Shown in pieces: positions 63,917 to 64,000 of a stretch of DNA of 64,000 nucleotides. Source of the stretch: Callorhinchus milii (Eukaryota); the NCBI RefSeq assembly GCF_018977255.1, contig NW_024704743.1, positions 87,732,001 to 87,796,000 on the forward strand. Direction: 5' to 3'. Under the pieces are notes generated by a model. That model worked only from the letters and a program-made list of their open reading frames with translations. It did not search any database and was not told where the DNA came from. Position numbers and translations under genes: made by a program. Within the stretch, counting starts at the first letter, position 1, and every line of letters starts with the position of its first letter.

Positions 63917-64000
63917 ATAAATAAGTGATTCTGTGCGAGCAAGAAAAGAGTGAGTGAATCTTAGATGCAGGGCCCATCCTTCAGCATCGCTGGCCATTTT

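Overview
Vertebrate nuclear DNA, AT-rich and very repeat-dense, with no recognisable intact protein-coding gene, RNA gene or CRISPR array. The repeat repertoire (CR1 and L2 LINE relics, tRNA-derived Deu-domain SINEs with L2-type tails, a Penelope-type terminal repeat, palindromic MITEs) suggests a cartilaginous fish, possibly a chimaera/elephant shark; this is inference. The long ORFs are reverse-transcriptase fragments of CR1 (30.2-32.4 kb, 51.6-53.2 kb) or L2 (46.1-47.0, 49.6-51.1, 53.5-55.3 kb), or their antisense shadows. Several repeat-free, TAAT-rich blocks look like conserved non-coding elements of a gene desert or large intron. The most interesting signals are: R4/Dong-like retroelement ends sitting in the (TAA)n tails of SINEs; ~65-70 nt hairpin-plus-tail mini-insertions with target-site duplications; a SINE/L2 shared 3' stem-loop with a compensatory substitution; a 42-bp fold-back made inside a SINE; an LF-SINE-like element; nested palindromic MITEs; and an unclassified GC-rich repeat. 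Family names are from recalled consensus features and need database confirmation. Boundaries of old repeats are approximate. I cannot support a wholly new gene system.
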